Shown here: piece by piece, positions 13,019 through 25,289 of the stretch
How positions within the stretch are numbered: position 1 is the first letter of the stretch
Layout of the letters: every line of letters begins with the position of its first letter
NCBI GenBank assembly: GCA_051294905.1
Contig: CM119371.1
Span: forward strand, 6,574,001 to 6,634,000
DNA: 60,000 bases
DNA from: Botryllus schlosseri
Taxonomy: Eukaryota
Reading direction: 5' to 3'
Notes under the pieces: generated by a model
Database searches by the model: none
What the model was told of the DNA's origin: nothing
What the model saw: the letters and a program-made list of their open reading frames with translations, nothing else
Translations under genes and position numbers: made by a program

Positions 13019-15024
13019 TAGGGTTGCCATACGTCCGGAATTTCCCGGACATGTCCGGAATTTCAGTGTTCAAACTAGCGTCCGGGAGGAATTCCTAAAA
13101 TATGCCAAATGTCCGGAATTTTGACGACTTGGCGTAGACTCATAATTTTTTTCGCAAATCAGCCTAAAAACAATATTTTTGGGAATATTTATGCTGATGC
13201 ATGATATTTTTCTTCGCGCTGCGCGCGATTTACCATCACATTTATTGGATTTAATATGATGACTACCACCCACACAAAAACTGAAATAAAATATAAATAA
13301 AGACAACCTTCATTACTGGAATAAGTCTAATTGTAATTGCAATTATAGGAGAATGATAGATTCCAAGAGATCGTCAAGGCAATTTAAATGCTTTGTTCAA
13401 AGATAGTGCTTCCAAACGGGGGGGGGGGGGGGGTCGTTTGCCTTTATTCTGAGATTTGCGTATATGTTGAACGTTATCACCTTCCAAAATAGACCGTGAG
13501 TAAGTCTGGGCAAAGGTGCTGACTTCTATAGTAATCAGCTCGTCAAATTTTGATCTGGGCAACGGAACATTTTCAAATTGGAGACGGAGTCGCGACCATA
13601 AAAGGTTGGTATCCACTGGATTTGGGGTGTTTATAAATCTCAGTGGTGCGCACCGGCATAAGGTAGGAGATGAACATGACTTAACGATGTGCAATTACGC
13701 TCCCTGTATTTTTGAACTCATCATCCTCCACCAGCAAACTGTGATCATGTGGGCGGAGAGTAGTATCTATATAGTAATATATCGAACAACCAATATTATT
13801 GACTGAATTCATTCAAATAATTTATTGACCAGATGCATATAGAAACCAGATTACTATAACAGCTAGGGATGGTGTGAACGTTAGGTTCACGTTCGCGTTC
13901 TGTGTGTGAACCTTGGTAGGTTCTGCACTGTGAACCTTTTTCATAAATTGCAATTTTCACTTCATTATATATTTCTTTCAAATTTATTGACTTTCAACTG
14001 CGAGCCAGTCTATGCATGGAACTGGCAGCATAAACATTCAACACTAAACGAGCATGCCCTTTACAATCTCAAAAATTTACTTGTATTGTTACAAAAGTTT
14101 GCTCGAAATATCCAGCTTTCCGTTCGTGCATATTTGGTGTCTCTGTGCTGTGAGCTTGAGCCGCAATCACATGACATCAAGAGCGAAATACACTGTATTT
14201 TGTCAGCAAATGATCCTTATTCAACCAATCAACGAGATTGATATCGTCTAGCAGGCGTACGGGGTCAATCTTGACTACATATGTATAATGTATCATAAAA
14301 ACCAAATCTGTGCCACTGGGGTGTTGGCTATACTGCTGTATAACTTGTTAATCGGTAGCAAGTATAGAGACCCATTTTACATTTTGCTCAATATCCATAT
14401 GGCAATATTCAGACGCCGAACACATTGTCCAATCAGGTTGAAATTGTTGGCAAAGCGACGCAAGATACTGATTTTATGGGATTATGATATCATTTGATTG
14501 CCTCAGTTGATAGATTTGGTGACGTTTCAAACGTCAATATGTACTTAAGTATAGAGCTATTATGTGGCCCCGAGTCGTCGCTCGGTATCGTGTACCGTAG
14601 ATTAATATAGGCAATCAGCACCTTATTGAAATATGGGGTTGAAATTAGCAATATGACGTGACGTGACGTCATGAGGTTCACGTTCGTGTTCACACAGAAC
14701 CTTTCAAAAAGGTTCACGTTCACACGAACCTGAACCTTTCAGAGGTTCACACCATCCCTAAAAACAACCTCCGGAAGTTGCATAGATTACACTATAGTGT
14801 GGGCTCAAAATGATTGTTTATTTGGGCGGGAAGGGGCTGAAAGTATGTGCTTTCGGTCCCGGTTACACAGCACACAGCGACATAAGCTACTTCTGAACCG
14901 GATCGTGACCACCTCTAGTCTATGAGCAAAGCTTTGCTAGTGTGATGTCATAACTCATTCTGAAATCCACTAGTGGGCGCTAAAGAGTGTCCGGAATTTG
15001 GGTTGCAGAAATATGGTAACCCTA
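13019..15024. mobile_element. hAT-type MITE (TAGGGTTGCCA TIR, TCCGGA subterminal motifs)
   Basis: TIRs TAGGGTTGCCATA...TATGGTAACCCTA; perfect TSD TCATAAAC at 13011-13018 and 15025-15032; sister copy at 21796-22839. Confidence 0.87.
13864..14760. mobile_element. hAT-type MITE (TAGGGATGGTGTGAAC TIR, GTTCAC motifs)
   Basis: 16-bp TIR TAGGGATGGTGTGAAC...GTTCACACCATCCCTA; degenerate TSD ATAACAGC/AAAACAAC. Confidence 0.8.
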
Positions 15025-16059
15025 TCATAAACGTCATTTTATTTTGAACTATGAGCTGCTCACGATACCCGACAACGCTTTCCAATGTCTAATGAATCAA
15101 TAGCCTATTGGGGCTAGCCAGGCAAGTTACTATCTGAAAGACTATCTCATCATAAAGATTGATATTGTGGGGACGTCCTATGCCGTTTTCTTAGCGTCTC
15201 GGTCTTGGCAGTGCCTGGGCCATTGCATCTGCACGTCAAGCTCATAAGCAATAGGCTTATTGATATCAGCTGACTCACCATCGATGGAATGCTGTTGCCA
15301 TCGCCGAGCCGTTTCAGCTAGTGTGGAATAGTGTTGTTGGTCACAGACTAATAGCTTATTTTGAAACAACAACAATAATTTGGAACGGAAATCAATTTTA
15401 GCATTTCAAAATGCTTTATTTCGCGTTTTTCCAAAATCTCAAATCAGATCGTTAGTTGCGATTGCGGTGACCCCTAGTATAGTAAATTCTAATCTAATTT
15501 GTAAAAAGCTGTGTAGCTCTCTAATTTGGAAAAACTTGTGTAACTCTAATTCTAATTCTAATCTACTTTGGGAAAAGCTGTGTAGCTCTAACTATAATTC
15601 TTATCTAATTTGGAAAAACTTTGGTGGCTGTAATTCTAATTCTAATCTAATTCGGAAAAGCTGAAAATTCTCTAGTTGTCCAAGTCTGCTAGTAGGTATA
15701 CTTCAATTATTCTATTAGCAGCCATTCGCGGTTCAATCAGTTCCTACAAAGCTGGATTATAACTTCAGCGTTGGAGCAAATTGAAAACTAATATCGCTTT
15801 ATTAACTTCACTAATCGATTCTTAAATACTTCTGTAGGTGCAAATAGAATGTTGATGTCCGGCTTAATTGTAACTTGAAAATACACAGGCAGATAAAATT
15901 CACCTTGAATGAAAATTGGTAAACTTGCTAGACTACGATCGGAAGAAATTCCTTGTCCTGTGACGATAAAGAAAGGATACATTGGGCTAGAAACGATTCA
16001 AGTTCGAACTCTATAGTCACCCAATGTGGTGAGACTTGTTGTTACATATGGAAATCAGG

Positions 16060-16436
16060 TAGGGTTACCATATTTTGGAATAGGGAAAGGAAGACACTTC
16101 TACCAAATCATAAAAGCTAACTAACCAAACCTGAAAGTAATATTGCAATTTTCACTGGAAATTATGTTGAGTTCACTACAAAAAAGAAAGATCACCACTT
16201 TTACTATACTACTGGTGTACCCATTTTTTATTAAAGGGTCACCACTTTCATTCAACTCCCGAATGACCCGCTCAAACATGCGTATTGCCAATTTCACGTC
16301 ATTCATGTCGATTTTCAGTTGAATCTGTCCATTATTCTAGCTGTAAAAGCTGTAAAGGAGGACAGATTGCCAAAAAGAAGCACATTTAGGCATCATCGGA
16401 GGACATTTTCTAAAAAGAATACGTATGGTAACCCCA
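16060..16436. mobile_element. Short hAT-type MITE shared with unit D
   Basis: TAGGGTTACCATA...TATGGTAACCCCA; TSD AAATCAGG/AAATGAGG. The orthologous insertion begins at 59938 and is absent at ~30965 and ~43560. Confidence 0.75.
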
Positions 16437-17483
16437 AAATGAGGTCGTTACTGGTGATTGAGTTAAATTTACTGTGAATAATTTTATCATTGCAACACGC
16501 CCCACCATAGGATTAATGGCGAATAAATGAATCCAAAATCATTGATAAATTCAGAATTACTCACTTTCATCTCCCGGGTAGAATTGTCACACATTGATCC
16601 ATGTCAGATTCCAACTGATTGACATCGGTCGAGATTGCGATTTCACATCCGACGACCAGACCATTAAATGATACGTTACCGTATACTCTATGATGACATA
16701 TGATTGCAATCCACTGTAACAAATTGAAGAGTGGTTATGAAAAGTAAAATCAATAAATCGATATACACCACAGGTTGCTCAAGCCTGGCCATCGTACCGG
16801 CAGATGTGATGTATAGTTACCGATAGCCCCTCATATAAACATAATCGAATGGTTAGTTTCGAGTAAAAATCAGGCATCTTGATCATGGATAGCGAAAAAA
16901 TGACACTCTTTTATTTGGCACACACAAATACATCAAAAACAATAAAAATAACAATATAAACAAAAATTTCATCGGATTTTATTTCGTACTTAATCATGGT
17001 TTATACACAATTCTCATAAAATAAACTAGGCATATAAATTTGTAATTTGTCATCTAAGCTAAATTTACAACACATACTATTGTGAGCATACCTTTTGAAG
17101 AGTGAATAACTTGAGTAAAGACTGTATGCGGCTCAAAAAAGGAACAGATCATCCACACTCATTTGATGCGGGTTACTTCATACTGACTTAGGGTAAGTGT
17201 ACAATTCATACCGCCTGGTGCCTACAGTAATCAATAGGTTCCCAACTACTGATACAGGCGATATAACCATTGTGGAATGCATAGTCAAAGTTATCAAAAT
17301 CATCAACCATATCTATATTGAATAAGGAACTAAATACATGATGGGCAGTATCAACTAGAATTTCTGGCAGGATTATGCACTGTACTTCAAGTAATGTAGT
17401 ATATTTCCACAAAATTACTGGACACTATATACCCAGAGTCACCAACACGCGGCGCCGTACAAGTCTGCTCAGGTGAGTGCAAT

Positions 17484-19112
17484 CTATCTCTTCACACATA
17501 TGGATCCGTAGATTCGAAAACGTTGATCCACTTTTGGTGTCACTATCGTCCATTTGTTTTGCGATATATCATACTTTTCCATTGAACTAGAAGTTTCTCC
17601 ATCTGTTACTGCAAAAATCCACTTGTCAATGTGATATGCAGAAACTCGACCATGACGAGCATTCATATAAGATAATGAAGTCCACTGAGCTGAAGTAACA
17701 TCGTAACAATCTACGTTGTCGACATACATTCTTCCATACATCCCACCCATCACAAAAATCTTTTGCTCAACTGCAACAACACCACTCGAACGTACAGTAT
17801 ATCTCATTGGTTCGAGATCAACCCACTCTGATGACGATGGAATGAATCTGCAGAATGATGGAACTTCGACACCATCTTGTCCTCGACCTCCGATACAATA
17901 GATGGAATCATTCAATGATACGAGAGTTGTTGAAGATATCGCTGTAGGTTTGTCTTCTAGTTGAATCCATTGATTCACGAGGGAAGTAAACATTTCCACA
18001 TCACTTGTTGCTTTATTATAACTTCCTCCAACAACAAATATAGATCCCGACAAAGAAACTGAGCGAGGAATGGCTCCATGGTCACAAATCATGTCATTCA
18101 TTTTTTCCCATTCTGAATTTTTTCTCTGGAAATTGAGTCGATGAACTGATCTATCCCGGCATAAGACATAGATATAAGATTCCAGAGAAATCGCTGAGAA
18201 ATGTTTGAAATTCGTAAACTTCTCATCATGAAACTTCTCTACTTTTTCAGTTACTGGATTGAAGGATCGGATACAATTTGCGCTATTATCAAAAAGAATG
18301 ATCAATTCATCTATGTCAATTTCTTCGTTTGTTTTCTGAGTTGCTTTAGAAGCTTTCAAAAGATGTCCATTGATCAACTTGTACAGTCCTAAGTCGTTAC
18401 TGATGATTTGGTTTGATTCCAAAAGACGTTGTAAAAATGCAGGAGAGACTTCATCAAACTTGATTGCTTCGAGACATTCGTGCAAATGTTCTTGATTTCT
18501 GCAATTTTTCTCGACCCAATTGAACAATAAATTTAGTTTTTCTTCTTCACATAACTTTGATTTTTCCGACATCACGAATTTGAGGATGTTAGTTTTTTCA
18601 ATGTTTCCAAATTCAGGTTGGTTTGATATTTTTATAATATTGTCATGAAAAAATGCTCTACATCGCGTGAAGACGGCATCCAGTCCATACATATCTGCGA
18701 CATTTCTTGTGGAAAAGTAATTCTCAACATTAATTGATTCCTCCAGAACGTCAGACACTGCCTGTTTCACGTCATCCAAATGCATCATGATGGCGACATG
18801 AAGAAGATCATTCATCTTTTCATCAGGAATCTCAAATTTGCCCGAATATATGAAATCGATGCAGTTTTTCACACACTCAGAATCGACCTCTTTTAGAACA
18901 ACTTTTCCTTCCCGACTCTCTTTGGATTCGTGCTTTAACATCGCTTTGAAATAAGCACAACCAGCCGACAATACATTTCTGTGAGTGTAATAGATATCAT
19001 CTCCCACTTGAATTGTGAAATCACAATGATCGTTCTCTTGCTTCATTCGATGTAATTCTTCCATCATCTTCACTGAATGTATCTCAACATTTGGACACAC
19101 AATCTGCACCAT
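17484..19112 (-). CDS. Kelch-like BTB-BACK-Kelch protein, copy 1 (542 aa, single coding exon)
   Basis: BTB (CDFTIQVG, HRNVLSAGCAYFKAML, IDFIYSG), BACK (EEEKLNLLFNWV) and Kelch repeats (IFVVGG..VEMF..QW, IYCIGG..F.P..EW, IFVMGG..VDCYD..QW); uninterrupted ORF. Confidence 0.93.
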   Translation of the reverse strand: MVQIVCPNVEIHSVKMMEELHRMKQENDHCDFTIQVGDDIYYTHRNVLSAGCAYFKAMLKHESKESREGKVVLKEVDSECVKNCIDFIYSGKFEIPDEKMNDLLHVAIMMHLDDVKQAVSDVLEESINVENYFSTRNVADMYGLDAVFTRCRAFFHDNIIKISNQPEFGNIEKTNILKFVMSEKSKLCEEEKLNLLFNWVEKNCRNQEHLHECLEAIKFDEVSPAFLQRLLESNQIISNDLGLYKLINGHLLKASKATQKTNEEIDIDELIILFDNSANCIRSFNPVTEKVEKFHDEKFTNFKHFSAISLESYIYVLCRDRSVHRLNFQRKNSEWEKMNDMICDHGAIPRSVSLSGSIFVVGGSYNKATSDVEMFTSLVNQWIQLEDKPTAISSTTLVSLNDSIYCIGGRGQDGVEVPSFCRFIPSSSEWVDLEPMRYTVRSSGVVAVEQKIFVMGGMYGRMYVDNVDCYDVTSAQWTSLSYMNARHGRVSAYHIDKWIFAVTDGETSSSMEKYDISQNKWTIVTPKVDQRFRIYGSICVKR

Positions 19113-20374
19113 GATTGTCGATCAACTACAGTATATAATTATCCTAGATTATTATAATATAGTCAAGCACTGTTATTGAAGTAAAGATTAGTTAACTCAA
19201 GTAATGCCTGTTGATTGTTGAAAGAATCATAATACGTATATCAAGGTCACGAGTATGAATTAAAGGAAATTCAACTACACACAAGGTGATCACTGAACAG
19301 TCCAAAATCAGAGGCATCCCTGTTAAAATGCAGTTATGAAAACTTCTTTCATCGATTTACTTTAATTTTTATTCGCTGTATTGACACGAAACCAAAGAAT
19401 TATTGCGGTCGATTACCACCGCCTCGCGAATGATCGAGTTGATTATCCGTAGTGTAAATTATATTTTGGAACACCGTAAAATCATTTTATACCATGATAT
19501 TTTCCAGTGGCGGCCGCATCTGTTTCATGCTCCAACCGAATATCACAAAGATTGGTTGTAGAATAGCAGCAACACGAAAGATCACACTGATTTCACTCCG
19601 TGTTTGGAAACGAAATCAGCGAAGCATGTAGCTAGTCAGTGTCATCTAACGCAGTGCTTTTCAACCTTTTTGAGCTTCATTCGCACTTTTTTTGTAAAAT
19701 AAATTTCATTCGCACAAACTAACCGAATATTGATATACAAAAATAAGACAAAAATACATTTATTTGCTCAGATGTGCAACAAATTGGCTACTATGTATCT
19801 TAAGCTATCAAGTGTCTCATGAAAAATGCTACTATTTTCGCTCGTTTTGATTTCAGCTATTTCACTGAAACCCTTCTACTAGTTAACTAGTGCATGGATG
19901 GTCAGGTCTTAAAGCAGGGGTCACCAACACGCGGCCCGCGGGTCGCATGAGGCCCGCGATGTCATATTTTGCGGCCCGGGATCTGTTTTCATAAGAACGC
20001 CCAGTACTGAAATTCATTTCTGTTTGAAAATATTGTCGACGTTGTTCAAAATGTGCTATTCTCCCTTTAGAATCGCGAAACCCCTTCTTAAACGTGAAAC
20101 CCCATCCTTTTCAAATGGCCCTTCAGACCCTAATACTCGGTTGCAATTCAATAAGTCGTGTTATCAGTGTTGCGCGCGGCCAAATAACGACAGGCGTGAT
20201 ACCAATTAGCGAGATTCGTCATAGCGCATTGCACTGCAAATGTAACGTGACACGAGTGACACGATCTCCCGCTGAAATAATTGCAAAATCAGGTCATTGA
20301 TTGCCGCGCGCTCGGCAATCGTTGCTAGCCTGATTTATCGCGTCTCCAACAAGCCTAGTTCCACTGGCTTGAAT

Positions 20375-20522
20375 AATCGCATCTGCAATTGACCGTGTGT
20401 GCACGATATCATCGCTGGTCTACACAATCGTATCTGCATTGGCTTGGTGCGCACGATATCATCGCTGGCCTGCACAATCGCATCTGCAATAGGCCTAGTA
20501 TACGAAAGATATCGCTAGCCTA
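20375..20522. repeat. Degenerate ~50-bp minisatellite (about 3 units)
   Basis: Recurrent AATCGCATCTGCAAT...GCACGATATCATCGCTGG(T/C)CT units. Confidence 0.7.
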
Positions 20523-20776
20523 ACTACCGTTTCTTGGGCCTACCATACCTTGGCCGGGGCTACGTAAGACGCATTGGTCAGCGCGCGTATTTTATATTTC
20601 GATGCCTTGATAAGCGCGGGTATTCAATTGTTCACGACAGATCAGGAAGTCGCAAATTACCAGCTCTATCGGACTCGTCGACAAGCTGATAATACGCGTA
20701 TTATCGTCAACACGAGGATGTTGTATAATCGTTATTTACGCATGTGCTTAACCCTAATGAATTGATGCTATATTAC

Positions 20777-21467
20777 CAGGGCCGTAACTTCCGCACCTCA
20801 AACCCAATATATGTAATATTTTCAAAAATATTTCGCGCTAGGCGCAATTTCAAGTCGCCAAATATCTTGATTATTGGGTGCTCTTCCCCCAAGAAAAAAT
20901 ACGCAAGATTCATATAAATGGGCATATCGGAATTGGCCATTACCGCGGCACGAAGCACAAAGACATATAACTACGTTTTAGGCCATGAAACATGCGACTC
21001 CAAGAAGTGTGCCAGAACGATCGCAGCTAGACAAACACACAAGACGAATACAATCCTGCAGGAAAAAATTATATGCCAGTGAAGAAATACCAATCCGAAA
21101 CCGTGTGATCTTTCAGTCTAGTACGTTTGAGCGATTCTATATTTTTGATATAGCAGACAGGAGGTCACGAAATAACATCATGTAACGAAGTCATACCAAC
21201 GGGTCCGCCCGCCCGAAGATGTTCAATCATTATTTACGGACTGTACAGTTTCTAAGACACCTCACTCAGGTCTACCGGTAAATCTCATTACGTGAGCAGA
21301 GAGGACAAGACATTGATAGCAATATATATGCAATTCCCGATCTTATTGACCGATTTTATCATGAATTTTCGCGCTTAGTGCTGGCTCACTGAAGTTCGGT
21401 TTATTATACCATATAGGGGCACAGGACCAACGTTTTGGGGGGCTGACGAAGTGCTGTTACGGCCCTG
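20777..21467. mobile_element. hAT-type MITE (CAGGGCCGTAAC TIR)
   Basis: TIRs CAGGGCCGTAAC...GTTACGGCCCTG; perfect TSD TATATTAC at 20769-20776 and 21468-21475. Confidence 0.85.
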
Positions 21468-21795
21468 TATATTACCAAATTCGGTAAAAATCGAACCCAC
21501 CCTTTTATTTCAACCCCCCCTTTTTTCGGCTGGCTACGCCGAGCAGACAGATAGTCCTGGCACCGTGTCGACCCAAAATTATACCCTTTGCGGTCTATAC
21601 TTTAATAACTCCTGAAAGGCTAAAATTTGCGTTACTGTAACTTGCAAATGGCAGTCTGTAATGATAGTATTTACTACTGTCCTCGTGCCTAGCACTAATC
21701 GAACAGGTATTACGGAAGTATTGATGATTGTTCAGCGAAAGTGAGCAGAAAGTGAATGTAACGTCATTTTCCCAGCCTCTGACGGGTTGCTATAT

Positions 21796-22839
21796 TAGGG
21801 TTGCCATACGTCCGGAATTTCCCGGACATGTCCGGAATTTCACTGAAAAATCTGCGTCCGGGAGGAATTTCTAAAATATGCCTAAATGTCCGGAATTTTG
21901 AAGGCTTGAAGCAGGCTCAAAAGTTTTTCGTAAATCAACATAAACAATATTATATTTTCATGCAGATTTATGGTATTCAAAATTGTTCTTCGCGCCGCGC
22001 GCGAGTTAATGCAACGTATAATGATATTAGTATGGCAGCAGACACCACCCTCTCCAAAATGCAATCAAAAGTAATATAAATAACCATCATTTACCAAAAT
22101 AAGTCTGATTGTAATCGCAATTATAAGCTGATGGTATATTCCTGGAGCTGGTTAAGGTCGATTGGATGCTTCAATCACAAACAGTGGTTCCAAATCTTGG
22201 TGTCGTTCGCATTTATCTGGGGATCGCGATGATGTTAAGCTTTGCCACGGAACATTTTCAAGTGGAAAATGAGGTCGCGACCATAGAAGGTTGGAAATCG
22301 CCGGATGTGCAACATGGTGGTGCATTTTATAGTAGCCTAATATATGGAAGAATCAATATTATTGGCACAATTCATGCATAAAATTTAACAGCCAAATGTA
22401 TATAGTAAGTGCCCAACAAGTTACATCGACTATCCTATGGTGGGCCCAAGATCAGTGCTTTTTTGGGCGGAAGAGGGGGAGGAGAAAAATGTTGTTTCGG
22501 ATATGATTAAAACACATATACAGATAGCCCACCGACCTAACAGTATGCAGGACTTCCAAACACAATCCTGACAGGCCAGACACGGCCCTCCAGATGATTT
22601 CATCCGGCGCGTGGAGGAATCTACTGCAGACCCTAGCAAGTAGCAATCACCAGGGCTCACATTACAGATGGCCCAATCCATGACCTATGTTCCACTCCAT
22701 CCCTGTATAGTGTATACAAAACAGTCGATGGACAATGCTTTTCTAGTGTGACGTCATATTGACGGTCAATGAGTTACAACTCATTTTAAAATCCGCCAGT
22801 GGGCGCTGAAGAGTGCTTCACCAAAATATGGTAACCCTA
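21796..22839. mobile_element. hAT-type MITE, sister of 13019-15024
   Basis: TAGGGTTGCCATACGTCCGGAATTTCCCGG start, TATGGTAACCCTA end; perfect TSD TGCTATAT. Confidence 0.87.
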
Positions 22840-23550
22840 TGCTATATGTCTGTCACTTCACCAGCTTCCAAACCAGGGTTTTGGTTACGTAATAATTATA
22901 GTGCGAAAATATCAATTCACTACGGCTTGTGAGAGCTACGACTAGTGGTGTGTCGTAAGTTAAACAAGTTTTTACAATTGCGTCGCAACAACTAAAGTTA
23001 CACTGCCCTTGAATTTCGTATTATTTTTATTTGAAAAGCAATTATTATTCACGATTTTCATTCGCACTCATCCGGGATTTTCATTCGCACCGTTCGCACC
23101 ACCTTCGTCATTCGCACTCATCCAGGATTTTCATTCGCACCGTTCGCACCATGTTCGTCATTCGCACTGCAATTTTTTTCATTCGCACAAGTGCGAACCG
23201 TCACACAGGTTGAAAAGCACTGATCTAACGCATAATTAGTTTTTGCATTTGCAGTGTAGCCGTTACCACCAATGATATATATCTTGATCATTGCGGTTAC
23301 TGACGCGGCAAACCTTGTGCTATCAGCAACAGTTATTCAGTTTATGAATATTTTTATCATTGCAAAACACCACAAGACTGCGACTAGACGATGTAGAGAG
23401 GGATATTTAGAGCTAGTTCTAGATATCCGTGGATGTAGGGAAGAGGAAGGCACTGTCACACTCTATGTAGAGTAGACTGACTTTGGGTTGTTCTAAATCA
23501 GGGGCGCGCAACATACGGCCCGCAGCCAGCTTCCGGTCGCATACGATAAT

Positions 23551-24290
23551 TAGGGCTGGGCAAAATCGAGTACCTGAGTGATTCGATTCTGAATCACGCA
23601 ATATGCTTCGAGTCGAGTCGAGTAATCGAGTATCAATCATTATGACGTCATAACAGAGTGCAATACGTTAATGTTCAAATATGTACCGTTTATGCCACCA
23701 CAAAGAATTTAATGCCTGTTATCCATCTCATAAAAGATACTTTGGTATTTTTTCGACCATACCGATTTCATTCCACTTGGTGACAATGTTGAGGGATCAT
23801 CATGACTTCGGAAATGTGCCACGTCCAGTACCCTACGTAGCTTTGTACGATGTGTTTCGTATGCTGCGATACCGCCAAGCAAGGTTTCAAGGCTTCAACG
23901 GTGAAAATTTGTATCGAAACTATAATTCTCGTTGATAAATTAACTTTCGGGGGTGAGAAACGTATAATTTCAGTGTGAGAAGTATATTTAAAAGATGCAA
24001 AAACAGAAAATGGCACAACTGCAACGGAACAACGACCTCTCTCTCCACGGGTCACACGAGCTCTGAGGCACAATATTCACGACTATCAAACAACACGATT
24101 CGAACTAATAATTAACGAGCAATCAATCAGACGCACGCGCTATAATCAGCGTCCGAGGTAACAGTCAGTACACGAAATCTACAAAGGCACATTCAGTACT
24201 CGAAAAAATCGTATTTTTCTACTCGACTCGAATCATTGAAATTAATACTCGATTCAGATTCGAGTACTCGAATCATTGTGCCCAGCCCTA
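23551..24290. mobile_element. hAT-type MITE (TAGGGCTGGGCA TIR, TCGA-rich ends)
   Basis: TAGGGCTGGGCA...TGCCCAGCCCTA; TSD ACGATAAT/ACAATAAT; related copies at ~29977-30362 and ~44334-44785. Confidence 0.82.
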
Positions 24291-24950
24291 ACAATAATGT
24301 GGCCCGCGTCTACATTCACTCGCGAACCAACGTTTTCGACCATCAACATTATCCTAACAATTAAGACCAAGCCTCGTTCCAATGACCCTATATCAGGGGT
24401 GGGCAACATACGGCCCGCGGGCCGGATCTGGCCCGCGAAGGGATTTTGTCCGGCCCGCGGACAGTTTTCTGTCTTAAATGATAATGTGGCCCGCGGCCCT
24501 AGTATTCAGAGATTCCCTACTACTTGCGTGAACGTAAATTTTAGTGACTGTATGTTATTATACACATGTATGCGCACTGCGCAGTGAGCGAGGGTGGTGC
24601 TTACTCGTACGTTAGTCGAAGCGAGAAGACTTGCATTATCGGCATTTACGATGTAGTTAACCCGAATGTCATTTGTGGTAATCATGGTGTTTGTCGACTA
24701 CAATGGTCATTTACACAGGCCGATATTTCATATTTTTGATTCCGTAACCGTCGACTTGTAGCACGGCACACTTCTAGGCTTTTGTAAGACATCATGCCAG
24801 GGGTCGCCAACTCGAAACGGGTCACCAACTCGAAACGGGTCGTGGGCCACTTTGAAACTTCGTAGAGGTCGCGGGCCGCATGAATTCAATATCGAGATAA
24901 AATAGGCCACACAGTTGAACAACCGCGCTATATCTCATCACCTACTACAC

Positions 24951-25229
24951 CAGGGTGGCCAACCTGCAGCCGTAGAAGGGAGATTTGTGCGGCCGTGGAT
25001 AAGTAATTCAATTAGTACCGTATGTGTTGGCGGCCGTCGACATGCAATTTGAATTTACAAATTGAGTCCCGATTTTTTGAGAGATCCTAATTAATCTGCA
25101 AAATTTCTTCGCGCTGGGCGCGATTTTGGCGTCCAGATAGTTCATTATGACTATATGCCTGGAATGCGGCCGTAGGCTACATGAGTAGTCGAAATGCGGC
25201 CGTGAATGGCAAAAAGGTTGGCAACCCTA
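24951..25229. mobile_element. Short hAT-type MITE (GCGGCCG motifs)
   Basis: CAGGGTGGCCAACCT...AGGTTGGCAACCCTA; TSD TACTACAC/TACTAAAC. Confidence 0.75.
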
Positions 25230-25289
25230 TACTAAACTCAAATGAAGAGATATCTTGGTGAATTTGTGGTACCGGACTTATCGAACGCC

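Larger units (their letters stand above)
12599..15688. mobile_element. hAT-type MITE (TTAGAA/TTCTAA subterminal family) with two nested elements
   Basis: TIRs (C)AGACTTGGACAACT...AGTTGTCCAAGTCTG; perfect TSD CTAGTAGG at 12591-12598 and 15689-15696; empty paralogous sites at ~30590 and ~43230. Confidence 0.85.
5740..16713 (-). pseudogene. Unit A relic multi-exon transcript (non-coding RNA or pseudogene exons)
   Basis: Minus-strand blocks bounded by pyrimidine-AG and GTRAGT-like sites: 16565-16713, 15904-15957, 11772-11828, plus acceptors near 15788 and 6022. Homologous blocks recur in units B, C and D; no common open frame. Confidence 0.5.
19652..23222. mobile_element. hAT-type non-autonomous element (TTCGCAC subterminal repeats) with nested inserts, upstream of KLHL copy 1
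   Basis: TIRs CAGTGCTTTTCAACCT...AGGTTGAAAAGCACTG; perfect TSD ATCTAACG at 19644-19651 and 23223-23230. Confidence 0.87.

Noticed and set aside
13417..13433. Poly-G run as a functional G-quadruplex
   Set aside because: Lies inside a MITE and is absent from the sister copy at 21796-22839; likely slippage.
17464..17476. Plus-strand donor CAG|GTGAGT just beyond the KLHL stop
   Set aside because: Disrupted in copy 2, and no matching plus-strand exon structure was found.
7067..19112. Diversity-generating retroelement (RT near a hypervariable propeller gene)
   Set aside because: The RT is an APE-type LINE enzyme, no template repeat is visible, and loop substitutions are not restricted to adenines.
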